A DNA stretch of 40,290 bases from an uncultured Ruminococcus sp. (GTDB lineage: Bacteria; Bacillota; Clostridia; Oscillospirales; CAG-272): assembly GCA_902797235.1 (NCBI GenBank), contig CADBSB010000006.1, positions 1 through 40,290 of the forward strand, written 5' to 3'. The position numbers and the translations under genes are program-made. The number at the start of each line of letters is the position of its first letter. Within the stretch, counting starts at the first letter, position 1. Under the pieces are notes generated by a model that saw only the letters and a program-made list of their open reading frames with translations, had not been told where the DNA came from and searched no databases. Below, piece by piece: positions 18,733 to 27,699 of this stretch.

Positions 18733-18740
18733 GGAAAATT

Positions 18741-19157
18741 ATGGATAAAAACGCATATATTCAGGGGCTGTTTGATATGGCGTCGTCCGTCTCCGTATGG
18801 ATGGGCCCGTCGTATTCGAGAACGTACCTGTTTGATAACGACAGCTTTGAAAAAGAGCTGAAAGAAAGCTTTAAGCTGAGTACCGAAATGTTTTCATATT
18901 CCGGGCTTTCTTTCGGTGATTTGATATATCAGCTTTTCGGATATGAAAACGAAGGCGGTAAAAAAGTATCGGAAAGCCTTATTTACCACGTAAAAAAAGA
19001 GCTCGGCGAGCCGGAGCGCGCCGATGTTATAGATGAAGAATATATTGAAATATTGGAAAAAAGAAGCAGTCCGTTCCCGTTCACGTGCGTCGAAGAAGCG
19101 GCGGTCGTGAGGTTTGAAAAATATACCCTTTTGCTCGTAGTCGGAAATAACGAATAA
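18741..19157 (+). CDS. Hypothetical acidic protein
   Basis: ORF with GAGGA RBS before ATG 18741 (alternative GTG start at 18729); followed by a terminator. Confidence 0.7.
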   Translation: MDKNAYIQGLFDMASSVSVWMGPSYSRTYLFDNDSFEKELKESFKLSTEMFSYSGLSFGDLIYQLFGYENEGGKKVSESLIYHVKKELGEPERADVIDEEYIEILEKRSSPFPFTCVEEAAVVRFEKYTLLLVVGNNE

Positions 19158-19166
19158 AAATAATAG

Positions 19167-19222
19167 GCGCGCGGGTGGCAGGGGGGGGACACCCGCGCGC
19201 GCGGCATGCGCCGCATTTTTTT
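19167..19222. terminator. Double hairpin between convergent genes
   Basis: GCGCGCGGGTG/CACCCGCGCGC, then GCGGC/GCCGC and a T-run. Confidence 0.6.
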
Positions 19223-20339
19223 ATTTCATTATAAACGGCGTGTATTTTAAAAAGTACGCCCCGTCTTTTACGGTTTTCGTGCAGAAGCAAAACAGACCGT
19301 CGGATAAGCATTGAAGCTCGAATTGTTTTTTTGATATATCGGACAGTTTTGATTTATCCGCGGGCTTTGTTATTATATCTATGGTTTTCGTTTTTCTTAT
19401 ACCGGACAGATATGAAAGACCTGCGGCGTCCGCGGCGAGCAGCTGCGTGAACGCCGGTTTTTGTTTTAAGCACGCCTGATCTATTCCGAAACAGGAGTAC
19501 AGCGCGGCTCTTTTTATTCTCGCGTTCGTGAACTGCGAGGACGAGGCGATAGTCACAAGCGCGTCAAAGCCGTCCGCGATCAAAGCCGCTTTTGATATGC
19601 GCGATATGAGCCCGTTTTCACCGTCCGCGGCGCGCTTGTACGGGCTTGCGCGCAGGTGCGACAAAATTATCCGCTCCGCGTATTTTATATCGGCGGGGAA
19701 TTCCGCCTTTGACAAGACCTCTTTCGCGTAGCCCGGTATAAGATCGAGCGGCGCGTCTGAGGCTTTTATTTCGGTGGACGAGCAAAAGCCGCTTTTCCGC
19801 TTTATCGGCGCGATAATGAGGCCGGGGCAGAGCTTTTTCGCCGCTTTTATGTATTCAACACCTAAAATATCGTTCGGGCTTGAAAATATCTCGCCGTCAC
19901 CGTATAGCAGACTGCGCGCCTCGGCGTACGGCTTTTTCGTTTGCTTTATATAATCTTTAATTTTGTTTTGAAATTCTTTCGACGATACGGCGTCCGCGGC
20001 GGCGGTAAGTCTTTTCAGATCCGCGCATTCGGAGCCGAAAACGAGCGTATCGCCCTTTTTGTATATCCCCGAAATAACGGACAAAGCGCCCTCGGAGAAG
20101 CGCTCGGCGCTCGACATACACCACGGGAACGGTAAAGACAGCACAAGGTCCGCGCCGCCTTTTACGGCGCATTCGGCGCGCAAAAACTTATCCGCGCAGG
20201 CCGGCTTTCCGCGCTGGACGAAATTCCCGCTCATAACGCAAACGACCGGCTCGCCCGGACGCGTTTTCTTCGCCCCGGATATGATATATTCATGCCCGTA
20301 ATGGAACGGGTCGAACTCGCAGACTATAAAAACAGCCAT
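19221..20339 (-). CDS. tmcAL: tRNA(Met) cytidine acetate ligase (YlbM family, HIGH nucleotidyltransferase)
   Basis: CEFDPFHYGH, VMSGNFVQRG.P, GADLV..LP, SAERF..GA, FGSE and PNDILGVEY motifs. Confidence 0.88.
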   Translation of the reverse strand: MAVFIVCEFDPFHYGHEYIISGAKKTRPGEPVVCVMSGNFVQRGKPACADKFLRAECAVKGGADLVLSLPFPWCMSSAERFSEGALSVISGIYKKGDTLVFGSECADLKRLTAAADAVSSKEFQNKIKDYIKQTKKPYAEARSLLYGDGEIFSSPNDILGVEYIKAAKKLCPGLIIAPIKRKSGFCSSTEIKASDAPLDLIPGYAKEVLSKAEFPADIKYAERIILSHLRASPYKRAADGENGLISRISKAALIADGFDALVTIASSSQFTNARIKRAALYSCFGIDQACLKQKPAFTQLLAADAAGLSYLSGIRKTKTIDIITKPADKSKLSDISKKQFELQCLSDGLFCFCTKTVKDGAYFLKYTPFIMK

Positions 20340-20499
20340 AAAACACCTCAAAATATCAAAAAAACTCGGATTTAGTCTCACAATTAATAAAATGGTACTT
20401 GATTATCTACAAATTTTGTTGTATATTCATTATATATGCTTTTATTTAAAAATGCAATAGAAAATCCGAAATATTTAAAAAAGACAGGAGAAACATCAA

Positions 20500-21738
20500 A
20501 TGAACGTACTTGTTGTAAACGCGGGCTCCTCGAGCCTTAAGTATCAGCTGTTCGACACGGAAGCCGACAAGGTCTTGGCAAAAGGTATATGCGAGCGCAT
20601 AGGCACACAGACGCCGAAGGGCGTCGGCGCCGAGGGCAAGATCGAACACAGAAAAGGCGACAGCCCCAAGATAGTCAAAGAGATACCGATGGAAAACCAC
20701 GCCGTGGCGACCAAAATACTCGTCGACACGCTGACAGATCCCGAGATAGGCGTTATAAAGGATATGAGCGAGATAGAGGCGGTCGGCCACCGCATAGTTC
20801 ACGGCGGTCCGTACTTCTACGAGAGCGTTCTTATCACGGACGACGTTATAGAGAAGCTTGAAAAATGCGTTGACTTCGCTCCGCTTCACACCGTTCCGCA
20901 CCTTATGGGCATAAAAGGCTGCACCGCCGTTATGCCGAACGTTCCGCAGGTACTCGTATTCGATACCGCTTTCCATCAGACCATGCCCGAGGAAGCCTAC
21001 ACCTATCCGCTTCCTTATGAGCTCTGCGAAAAATACAAGATCCGCCGTTACGGCGCGCACGGCACCTCCCACCGCTTCGTCTCAGGCGAGATGATAAAGA
21101 TAATGGGCGGCAAGGCCGAGGGTACGAAGATAGTCACCTGCCACCTGGGCAACGGCTCCTCCATATCCGCCGTAAAGGACGGCAAGGTCCTTGACACGAG
21201 CATGGGCTTAACGCCTCTTGACGGTATAATGATGGGTACGCGCTGCGGCGCCATCGACCCCGCCATCGTTCCGTTCGTAATGGAGCGCGAGGGCTATACT
21301 CCCGCCGAAATGAACGAGATAATGAACAAGAAGAGCGGTTTCTTAGGCGTTTCCGGTCTTTCCTCCGACAGCCGCGACATTGAAAAGGCGGCGGCCGAGG
21401 GCAACCCGAGAGCACAGCTCGTAACAAAGATCACCGCGTATCAGATAAAGAAATTCATCGGCGCCTACACCGCCGCCATGGACGGTATCGACGCGCTCGT
21501 ATTCACCGCGGGTCTCGGCGAGAACAACCCCGAGCTTCGTTCCAGAGTTTGCGCCGGCCTTACGTTCCTCGGCATAAAGATAGACGAGGAGCTGAACGCC
21601 GTATCGCACCACCAGCCGAACATCGTAAAGCTCTCGACCGACGAATCGAAAGTCCTCGTATACCTCATCCCGACGAACGAGGAAAAGGTAATAGCGCAGG
21701 ATACCGAGCGTCTTGCAAGAGAATACTTGAAAAAATAA
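20500..21738 (+). CDS. ackA: Acetate kinase
   Basis: VNAGSSSLKYQL, GHRIVHGG, FDTAFHQT, HLGNG.S, DTSMGLTPL.G and IPTNEE motifs. Confidence 0.96.
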   Translation: MNVLVVNAGSSSLKYQLFDTEADKVLAKGICERIGTQTPKGVGAEGKIEHRKGDSPKIVKEIPMENHAVATKILVDTLTDPEIGVIKDMSEIEAVGHRIVHGGPYFYESVLITDDVIEKLEKCVDFAPLHTVPHLMGIKGCTAVMPNVPQVLVFDTAFHQTMPEEAYTYPLPYELCEKYKIRRYGAHGTSHRFVSGEMIKIMGGKAEGTKIVTCHLGNGSSISAVKDGKVLDTSMGLTPLDGIMMGTRCGAIDPAIVPFVMEREGYTPAEMNEIMNKKSGFLGVSGLSSDSRDIEKAAAEGNPRAQLVTKITAYQIKKFIGAYTAAMDGIDALVFTAGLGENNPELRSRVCAGLTFLGIKIDEELNAVSHHQPNIVKLSTDESKVLVYLIPTNEEKVIAQDTERLAREYLKK

Positions 21739-21796
21739 TTGACAAATCAGAAAAAATCCTCATATCATACAACAGTATGACATGGGGGTTTTTGTT

Positions 21797-22852
21797 TTGA
21801 ATAAAGAAAAATATTTTGCCGCCATAAACTCGGGCTCCGGGTTTATAAGCTATTTTGACAGGATATTCAATACCGCCGCCGCGTCGCGGCTGTACGTGAT
21901 AAAAAGCGGGCCGGGAACGGGAAAATCAAGCATGATGAAGCGTATAGCGGAGGCAGCGGAGAAGGCGGGAAATAAGGTAGTATATTTCTATTGTTCGTCC
22001 GACCCGTGCTCGCTTGACGGCATACTTATACCGTCCTTGTCCGCAGGCGTTCTGGACGGTACCGCGCCGCATGCGACGGATCCGAAATATCCGGGCGCGG
22101 CAGACGTTTTGCTTGACTTTTATCCGTACCTTGACGATAAAAAGCTTGCGGAACACAAAGCGGAGATAATCGCGCTGACGGACAAAAACAGAGCGCTGCA
22201 CAAAAAATCTTCGTCTTACAGACGGTACGCGGCGCTCGCCGCGAGGGAGGCGCTTGATGCCGTGCGCGAATGCGTCGATACGGATAAGCTGAACTGTGCC
22301 GTAAAGAGAGCCGCGGGAGCGGTCAAGGCGGAAAAGGGCAGAGCGGAGCACAGGCAGATCTCCGCATTCTCCTCGCGCGGCCGCGTGAGATTCGACACCT
22401 ATGAGCAGTCGTCACACAAAATAAACGCCGTCTGTGACGAGCACGGCTCCGCCTGCCTTTTCATGAATTCGCTCAGGGCGGAGCTTATAAAAAAAGAGAC
22501 CGCGTTTTATTACAGTACCGATACGCTGTTGCCCGAAAACTGCGAGGCGATATTTTTGCCCGACGCAAAAGAATGCTTTGTGATAACCGGCAAGGCCGCC
22601 GATACGGACAGAGGCGATTACACAAAGGTAATAAATATGAAGCGGTTTATAAAGCCGGACGCGTACAAAGCCGCACGCGGCAGGATAAGGCTTTGCGAGA
22701 AAACGAAAAAAGCGCTCGACGACGAGGCGCTGAAAATAATAACCGCCGCGGGTGAGACCCACGACGAGCTTGAAAAATATTACATATCCGCGACGGATTT
22801 CGACGGCGTCAGAGCGGAGACGGACATGGTGATAGAAAAACTAAATATATAA
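21797..22852 (+). CDS. P-loop ATPase, PRK06851-like family
   Basis: YF...NS..GF.SYF, K.GPGTGKS, CSSDP.SLDG, DGTAPH and HDELEKYYI motifs. Start (TTG 21797 or ATG 21782) uncertain. Confidence 0.75.
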   Translation: MNKEKYFAAINSGSGFISYFDRIFNTAAASRLYVIKSGPGTGKSSMMKRIAEAAEKAGNKVVYFYCSSDPCSLDGILIPSLSAGVLDGTAPHATDPKYPGAADVLLDFYPYLDDKKLAEHKAEIIALTDKNRALHKKSSSYRRYAALAAREALDAVRECVDTDKLNCAVKRAAGAVKAEKGRAEHRQISAFSSRGRVRFDTYEQSSHKINAVCDEHGSACLFMNSLRAELIKKETAFYYSTDTLLPENCEAIFLPDAKECFVITGKAADTDRGDYTKVINMKRFIKPDAYKAARGRIRLCEKTKKALDDEALKIITAAGETHDELEKYYISATDFDGVRAETDMVIEKLNI

Positions 22853-22867
22853 TTTAAATGCGTAAAT

Positions 22868-22899
22868 AAAACCCCGTCGCTAATCGCGGCGGGGCTTTC
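22868..22899. terminator. Intrinsic terminator-like hairpin
   Basis: AAAACCCCGTCGC-taatc-GCGGCGGGGCTTT between convergent genes. Confidence 0.65.
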
Positions 22900-22971
22900 T
22901 TACGGCAAGTTTAGAGTTTAGATTTTTGCCTTACGGCAAAAAGTTATGAATTCGGCTTACGCCGAATGTTT

Positions 22972-24354
22972 TTAATTTTGAATCAACTCATCTATCATTT
23001 TATTTATGTTTCCCGCGCCCATTATAACGGCGGCGTCGCCTCTTTTGAGGACCGTTTTAAGGTAGGCGGCGACGGCGGAAAGGTCTCCCTTATACGTTCC
23101 GTTTTTCGTGTCCGCCGCGAGCTTTTCGGCGGACATTCCGAGCGTATCCGTTTCACGCGCGGCGTAGATGTCGCAGAAAATGACCTCGTCGCAGTCCTTG
23201 AACGCGTTGACGAACCCGTCGTAGAATTCGGCGGTGCGGGAGTAGGTGTGCGGCTGGAATGCGACGTACAGCCTGCCTTCCGTCTGCTCTCGCGCGATCG
23301 ACAGCGTGGCTTTTATCTCGTCCGGGTGGTGGGCGTAATCGTCGTAAATTTTTGCGCCGTTGCATTTGCCCTTGAATTCAAATCTTCTCGCCACGCCCTC
23401 GAATTTTTCGATGCCCTTTGCCGCCGCTTTTCCGTTCACTCCGAGAAGCACGCAGACGCCGATGCAGCAGAGCGCGTTATACACGTTGTGCAATCCGAAA
23501 ACGCCGAGCTTTATATGCGCGTACTTTTTGCCCTTGTACATCGCGTCGAATTCCGGGGTTTTGCCGTCCATGCGCAGATTTTCGGGGTAAACGTCGGCGG
23601 TTTTTTCCATGCCGCATTTTATCAGCGTTCCCTTATAGCCCTCGATCGCCGCCCTGCAGTTTGACGAATCTATGTTGACTACGGCGTAAGGGGACTGGCT
23701 GATATATTTTTTGAAAGAGCTGATATAATTATCCACGTTTTCAAAATAATCCGCGTGGTCGAAGCCGATATTCAGTACGAGCGCGATCTTCGGGAAGAAC
23801 GAAAGGAACGAATCCGTGTATTCGCACGCCTCAAAAACAAGGCAGTCGTTTTTTCCGTGTCTGTACGCGGAGCCGACGTCCTTCATCACCGCGCCGTTCA
23901 GCACCGTCGGATCGAGCCCCGCGCTTTCAAGCGCCGCGCCGAGCATGGCGGTGGAGGTGGACTTGCCGTGAGTGCCCGCGACGCCTACGGACGTTTTGAA
24001 AAACGTCACCGCGTAACCGAGAAAATCGGCGCGGCGGATGAGCGGAAAACCGTTTCTTTCCGCGTACGCGTATTCCGGGTTGTCGCTGTGTATCGCGGCG
24101 TTGTAGACGAACACCGTGTAGCCCTCGCAGTTCTTTACGTCATGCCCCTCGTAAACGGTTATTCCCCGGGCTTCAAGGGCTGACGTTACGGGCGACAGGG
24201 TCCTGTCCGAGCCGCCGACTTTTTTGACTTTTCCCGCCGCTATTTCGGCAAGGCTCGACATGGAAACACCGCCTATTCCTATGAAATAAACGTTGTTCTC
24301 GCGTGATAACAGTTCGTCGATTTTTTGTGGTGAAAAATAGGTAAATCCTGACAT
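22972..24354 (-). CDS. murC: UDP-N-acetylmuramate--L-alanine ligase
   Basis: FIGIGGVSMS, VAGTHGKST, EACEY, DDYAHHP.EI and FQPHTYSRT motifs. Confidence 0.95.
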   Translation of the reverse strand: MSGFTYFSPQKIDELLSRENNVYFIGIGGVSMSSLAEIAAGKVKKVGGSDRTLSPVTSALEARGITVYEGHDVKNCEGYTVFVYNAAIHSDNPEYAYAERNGFPLIRRADFLGYAVTFFKTSVGVAGTHGKSTSTAMLGAALESAGLDPTVLNGAVMKDVGSAYRHGKNDCLVFEACEYTDSFLSFFPKIALVLNIGFDHADYFENVDNYISSFKKYISQSPYAVVNIDSSNCRAAIEGYKGTLIKCGMEKTADVYPENLRMDGKTPEFDAMYKGKKYAHIKLGVFGLHNVYNALCCIGVCVLLGVNGKAAAKGIEKFEGVARRFEFKGKCNGAKIYDDYAHHPDEIKATLSIAREQTEGRLYVAFQPHTYSRTAEFYDGFVNAFKDCDEVIFCDIYAARETDTLGMSAEKLAADTKNGTYKGDLSAVAAYLKTVLKRGDAAVIMGAGNINKMIDELIQN

Positions 24355-24542
24355 AATTAATACAAATCCTCTTAAAAATGAATTGATAATAAACATCGAA
24401 AAAAAATTAACAAACGAGCACAAACTGTTAAACAACAGTCAATTAAAACGCATAGCATTCCAATGTTTAGAGTAATATAATAAATGACATACAAAATGTA
24501 CAAAATTTTATTTCTGTAATCCACAGTAAAGGAGAGATAAAG

Positions 24543-24860
24543 ATGGAGATCACCGGAGTAAAAGTAAGAAAAGCGTTCGAAGAGGGGACAATGAGAGCGA
24601 TTGTATCCGTCACGCTTGATAATCAGGTGGCGGTGCACGATATAAAGGTAATTTACGCAAGCGAGAGATTTTTCATAGTGATGCCCTCGCGCAAGGTTGC
24701 GGAAAATTCATACCGTGATATAGTTCATCCCATAAATTCCGAATTCCGTGCAAAACTTGAAAAAGCCGTTATAGACGCTTATTTCGAGCAGAAGGACGCT
24801 TTGCTTGAGGAAGCGCGCGCCATCGCGGAGCAGGCCGAGCCGAAGACCGAAGAGGAATAA
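24543..24860 (+). CDS. spoVG: SpoVG family protein
   Basis: MEIT.VKVRK...AIVSVTLD...VHDIKVI...MPSRK...YRDIVHPIN. Confidence 0.93.
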   Translation: MEITGVKVRKAFEEGTMRAIVSVTLDNQVAVHDIKVIYASERFFIVMPSRKVAENSYRDIVHPINSEFRAKLEKAVIDAYFEQKDALLEEARAIAEQAEPKTEEE

Positions 24861-24880
24861 TGACAAAGCGGATCGCCGCC

Positions 24881-25618
24881 CTACCGGGCGGCTTTTTCCG
24901 TTTTCAGCTTCTTTTTTATGCGGCGCTTGATCTTGACGACGTCGGACAGCATTTTGAGCGAATCCGAAAAAACGTGTATCTTTGATTCCCTGTGGTTAAT
25001 TATTTTAACGGGTAACTCCCCTATGCCGTATCCGAGATACGACGCGGTCATTATCGCCTCAAAATCGAAGGCGAAGCCGTCCGTTTCGCAGCGGGAGAAT
25101 ATCTCGTGCGCGGCTTCCTTTGTAAAGCCCTTTACGCCGCACTGTGAATCGGATAGTCTGAAACCGCCGAGGATCCCGAGGACCTTTATATATATCTTTG
25201 ACGCGAGCTTGCGTATCGCCGTATATCCCTCGTAGCCGTCGGAGGACAGGTTCCTGCTGCCGACGACCATTTTTTTGTCCGGATTGTTTTTGAAAAACTC
25301 GGCCACGCGTCCTATAACGTCGACGCCGAAGGCTATATCGCAGTCCGTGAAAAGCGCTATGTCACCGTCGGAGGACAGCATTCCCGTGCGCACGGCGCAG
25401 CCCTTGCCGCGGTTTTTTTCGTAGCGGACAAGTCTTACGTTTTTGTGGTCCTTCGCGTATTCAAGAACGGCGTCGCCGCAGCCGTCCGTCGAGCCGTCGT
25501 CCGCGAATATAAGCTCGTAATCGTCGAAATTCGAGGATAGGTATCCGTCAAACTGTCTGACGGACGATCTGATTATCGACGATTCGTTATACATGGGTAT
25601 TATTACGGATAATCTCAT
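24881..25618 (-). CDS. Family 2 glycosyltransferase (polyprenyl-phosphate sugar synthase-like)
   Basis: LSVIIPMYNE, DDGSTD, NRGKG.AVR.G, TDCD, DSQCGVK.F and FAFDFE motifs. Confidence 0.88.
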   Translation of the reverse strand: MRLSVIIPMYNESSIIRSSVRQFDGYLSSNFDDYELIFADDGSTDGCGDAVLEYAKDHKNVRLVRYEKNRGKGCAVRTGMLSSDGDIALFTDCDIAFGVDVIGRVAEFFKNNPDKKMVVGSRNLSSDGYEGYTAIRKLASKIYIKVLGILGGFRLSDSQCGVKGFTKEAAHEIFSRCETDGFAFDFEAIMTASYLGYGIGELPVKIINHRESKIHVFSDSLKMLSDVVKIKRRIKKKLKTEKAAR

Positions 25619-25622
25619 CAAC

Positions 25623-26636
25623 TCAAACCTCGTATACGCCTATGAGCTTTGCGTGGAACGCCCAGCGCATACCGTCGCCCCTGACCGTGCAGGTGGACAG
25701 CGTCAGTATCTTTGAATCCTTGTCGAACGTCACGTCTTTTTTGAAGATGGATTTCTTTTTGCATCTCTCGCAGAATTCAAGGAATTCGTCGTCGCTCGTA
25801 AAGTAGGTCTGTATATAATTGTACTTCGCCGACGTGTCGTAAACGGAGAACAGCTCGTAGGTGTACATACCTTTCGCCGTGACGATATTTATGACCTGGT
25901 TCTGGAAAGCCTTTTCGTTTATGGCAAAATCGAGCAGCGGCGCGAACATTATGCTCGCCGTGTTCATGTTGTGGCCGTATATTATGAGGTTCCTGTTCGA
26001 GAGGGCGTTGCGCGAGCAGCGGTAGTCCGCGAAGATCGAGCCGTAGCGCGTGTACGTACCGTCTAATTCCGCGTAAAGATACGTTTCGTTATCCTTGCCC
26101 TGCATTATTATATAGTTGACGCCCGTGCCCGGAACGTCTATCCAGCCGTAAATATCGGGATAGCTGCGCTGTAAGCCGACGAACTGGGCGCGCGTGCTCT
26201 CAAAATATTCGTTATATTCTTTTTTCTCGCCGCTCGTAACGTCGCCTATATCTATTATCGACATGGACTGACCGAGCTCGGGCGTCGCCTCGTCCTCCAA
26301 AGACTTTTCCATGGTGGGTATTACGTCAAGCGTTATTTCGCCGCTTTTTATCTTTGAAAAATAATCGCTCAACTGCTGTTTTTCGGCGTACTGCAAGGCG
26401 TACGACGCGACGTAACCCGCCGCGCCCAAAAACACGAGGAAGCATAAAAGCATCGCCGTGTACCTTATAGCGCCGCCGAGCGCCGTTCTTATGAGCGTTT
26501 TTCTCGTTACCTCGTTTCTTTTTGAAAGATCCGAAGGACGCGCGGACGATAACGCTTTTGTGAATTCTGTCTCGTTATTTTCCTCTCCGGTGTGTAAAAC
26601 GCTGTCGTTTTGCGCGCTGTTTTTGTTTTCTTTCAT
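25623..26636 (-). CDS. srtB: Class B sortase
   Basis: N-terminal TM, GWI.VPGT.VNY.I.Q..DN..YL, IYGHNM, LTLSTC and a downstream Arg. Confidence 0.88.
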   Translation of the reverse strand: MKENKNSAQNDSVLHTGEENNETEFTKALSSARPSDLSKRNEVTRKTLIRTALGGAIRYTAMLLCFLVFLGAAGYVASYALQYAEKQQLSDYFSKIKSGEITLDVIPTMEKSLEDEATPELGQSMSIIDIGDVTSGEKKEYNEYFESTRAQFVGLQRSYPDIYGWIDVPGTGVNYIIMQGKDNETYLYAELDGTYTRYGSIFADYRCSRNALSNRNLIIYGHNMNTASIMFAPLLDFAINEKAFQNQVINIVTAKGMYTYELFSVYDTSAKYNYIQTYFTSDDEFLEFCERCKKKSIFKKDVTFDKDSKILTLSTCTVRGDGMRWAFHAKLIGVYEV

Positions 26637-26821
26637 ATAAATATCCTTACGCAGAAATCCTGTATCTTATACTTGTACTTATATTATTGTATTTGCAAAA
26701 TTTTAATTATGCAAGCGATTTTTTTGTATTTTCATATTTTTTAGGCGCGTTTATGCGTAAATTTTCCGCCGCGATTTGAAAAACGGCATAAAAACGGGGA
26801 TGATAATATAGATTGTTAATA

Positions 26822-27391
26822 ATGATTTATATTTATTTCGGACGTAAATTCAGGCTGAGCGTTTTAGTGCCGCTTTTGATATTTCTGCGCTTTTATTCGG
26901 GGGATTCCGTATTGACGGCGGCGGCAGCGGTAATAATACATGAGGCGGCGCATTTTACGGCCGGCGCGGCGCTCGGGCTTAAAACGGAGACGGTGACGCT
27001 GTCGCCGCTCGGCGCGGACATAAAATACCGCGGCGTGATACCGTACAAAACGGAAACGGCGGTGGCTTTGTCCGGCCCTCTCGTCAGTATAATCGCCGCG
27101 TTCGCCGCGCGTTTCATCTCTTATGATTTTTTCACCGTCAGCCTTATATACGGACTTCTGAATCTTCTGCCCGTACCGTGCTTTGACGGGGGCAGGGCGC
27201 TTAACGCCCTTGTTTTCCTGTTTGCGCCGTACCGTACGGCGGACGTGATATGCTCCGTTATCAGCACCGTTTTTTTGATCCTTTTATATCTTTTTTCCGT
27301 TTTTATTCTTTTTTACACGTCGTTCAACGCCTCGCTTTTGTTTATCTGCGCCTATATTTTCGTTAAATCATATATTAAAATGGCAAATTGA
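26822..27391 (+). CDS. spoIVFB: M50 site-2 intramembrane protease, SpoIVFB-like
   Basis: HEAAH, E..VALSGP and NLLPVPCFDGGR motifs; start uncertain (no clear RBS). Confidence 0.72.
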   Translation: MIYIYFGRKFRLSVLVPLLIFLRFYSGDSVLTAAAAVIIHEAAHFTAGAALGLKTETVTLSPLGADIKYRGVIPYKTETAVALSGPLVSIIAAFAARFISYDFFTVSLIYGLLNLLPVPCFDGGRALNALVFLFAPYRTADVICSVISTVFLILLYLFSVFILFYTSFNASLLFICAYIFVKSYIKMAN

Positions 27392-27443
27392 GGGGTAAAA
27401 TAAGTGTATTTATCAAAAAATAAAGTTTTTTTAGGTAAAAGTA

Positions 27444-27471
27444 TTGCATTTTAAAAAAAATGTGGTATAAT
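27444..27471 (+). promoter_or_regulatory. sigma-A promoter upstream of pot leader
   Basis: TTGCAT-16 bp-TATAAT with TGTG extension and an AT-rich upstream element. Confidence 0.7.
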
Positions 27472-27477
27472 AAAAAT

Positions 27478-27682
27478 GATAAATAAGGAATCGGTCTTCA
27501 CATGATCGGTCGTCGGCGTGTCCGATGGGGCGGGGGCGAGGAGCCCTGAACGTCCGTGTGTTATATCTGGATCTTTAATCCTTTGCGGTTTTTTATCTGT
27601 ATATGACGCCTTATAAAAGAATGGTAACATCTCTACCCTAAGGCAAAATTGAGTTCGCTTTAGCGGTCAGAGGTGTTTTTTT
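27478..27682 (+). promoter_or_regulatory. Structured 5' leader or attenuator candidate of potABCD
   Basis: GC-rich hairpins, 15-codon uORF 27502-27549, and terminator-like stem AACATCTCT...AGAGGTGTT-T run at 27626-27682. Confidence 0.5.
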
Positions 27683-27699
27683 ACATACAAGGAGCACTT

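Noticed and set aside
18741-19157. Toxin immunity protein
   Set aside because: Only a vague compositional resemblance; no toxin nearby and no recognisable motif.
27525-27556. SAM-I riboswitch P2-like hairpin
   Set aside because: It lacks the AUC..GAG and GCAACC core elements.
27615-27660. T-box antiterminator (GAATGGTAAC)
   Set aside because: It deviates from GGTGGNACC, the helix after the bulge does not pair, and no stem I motifs were seen.
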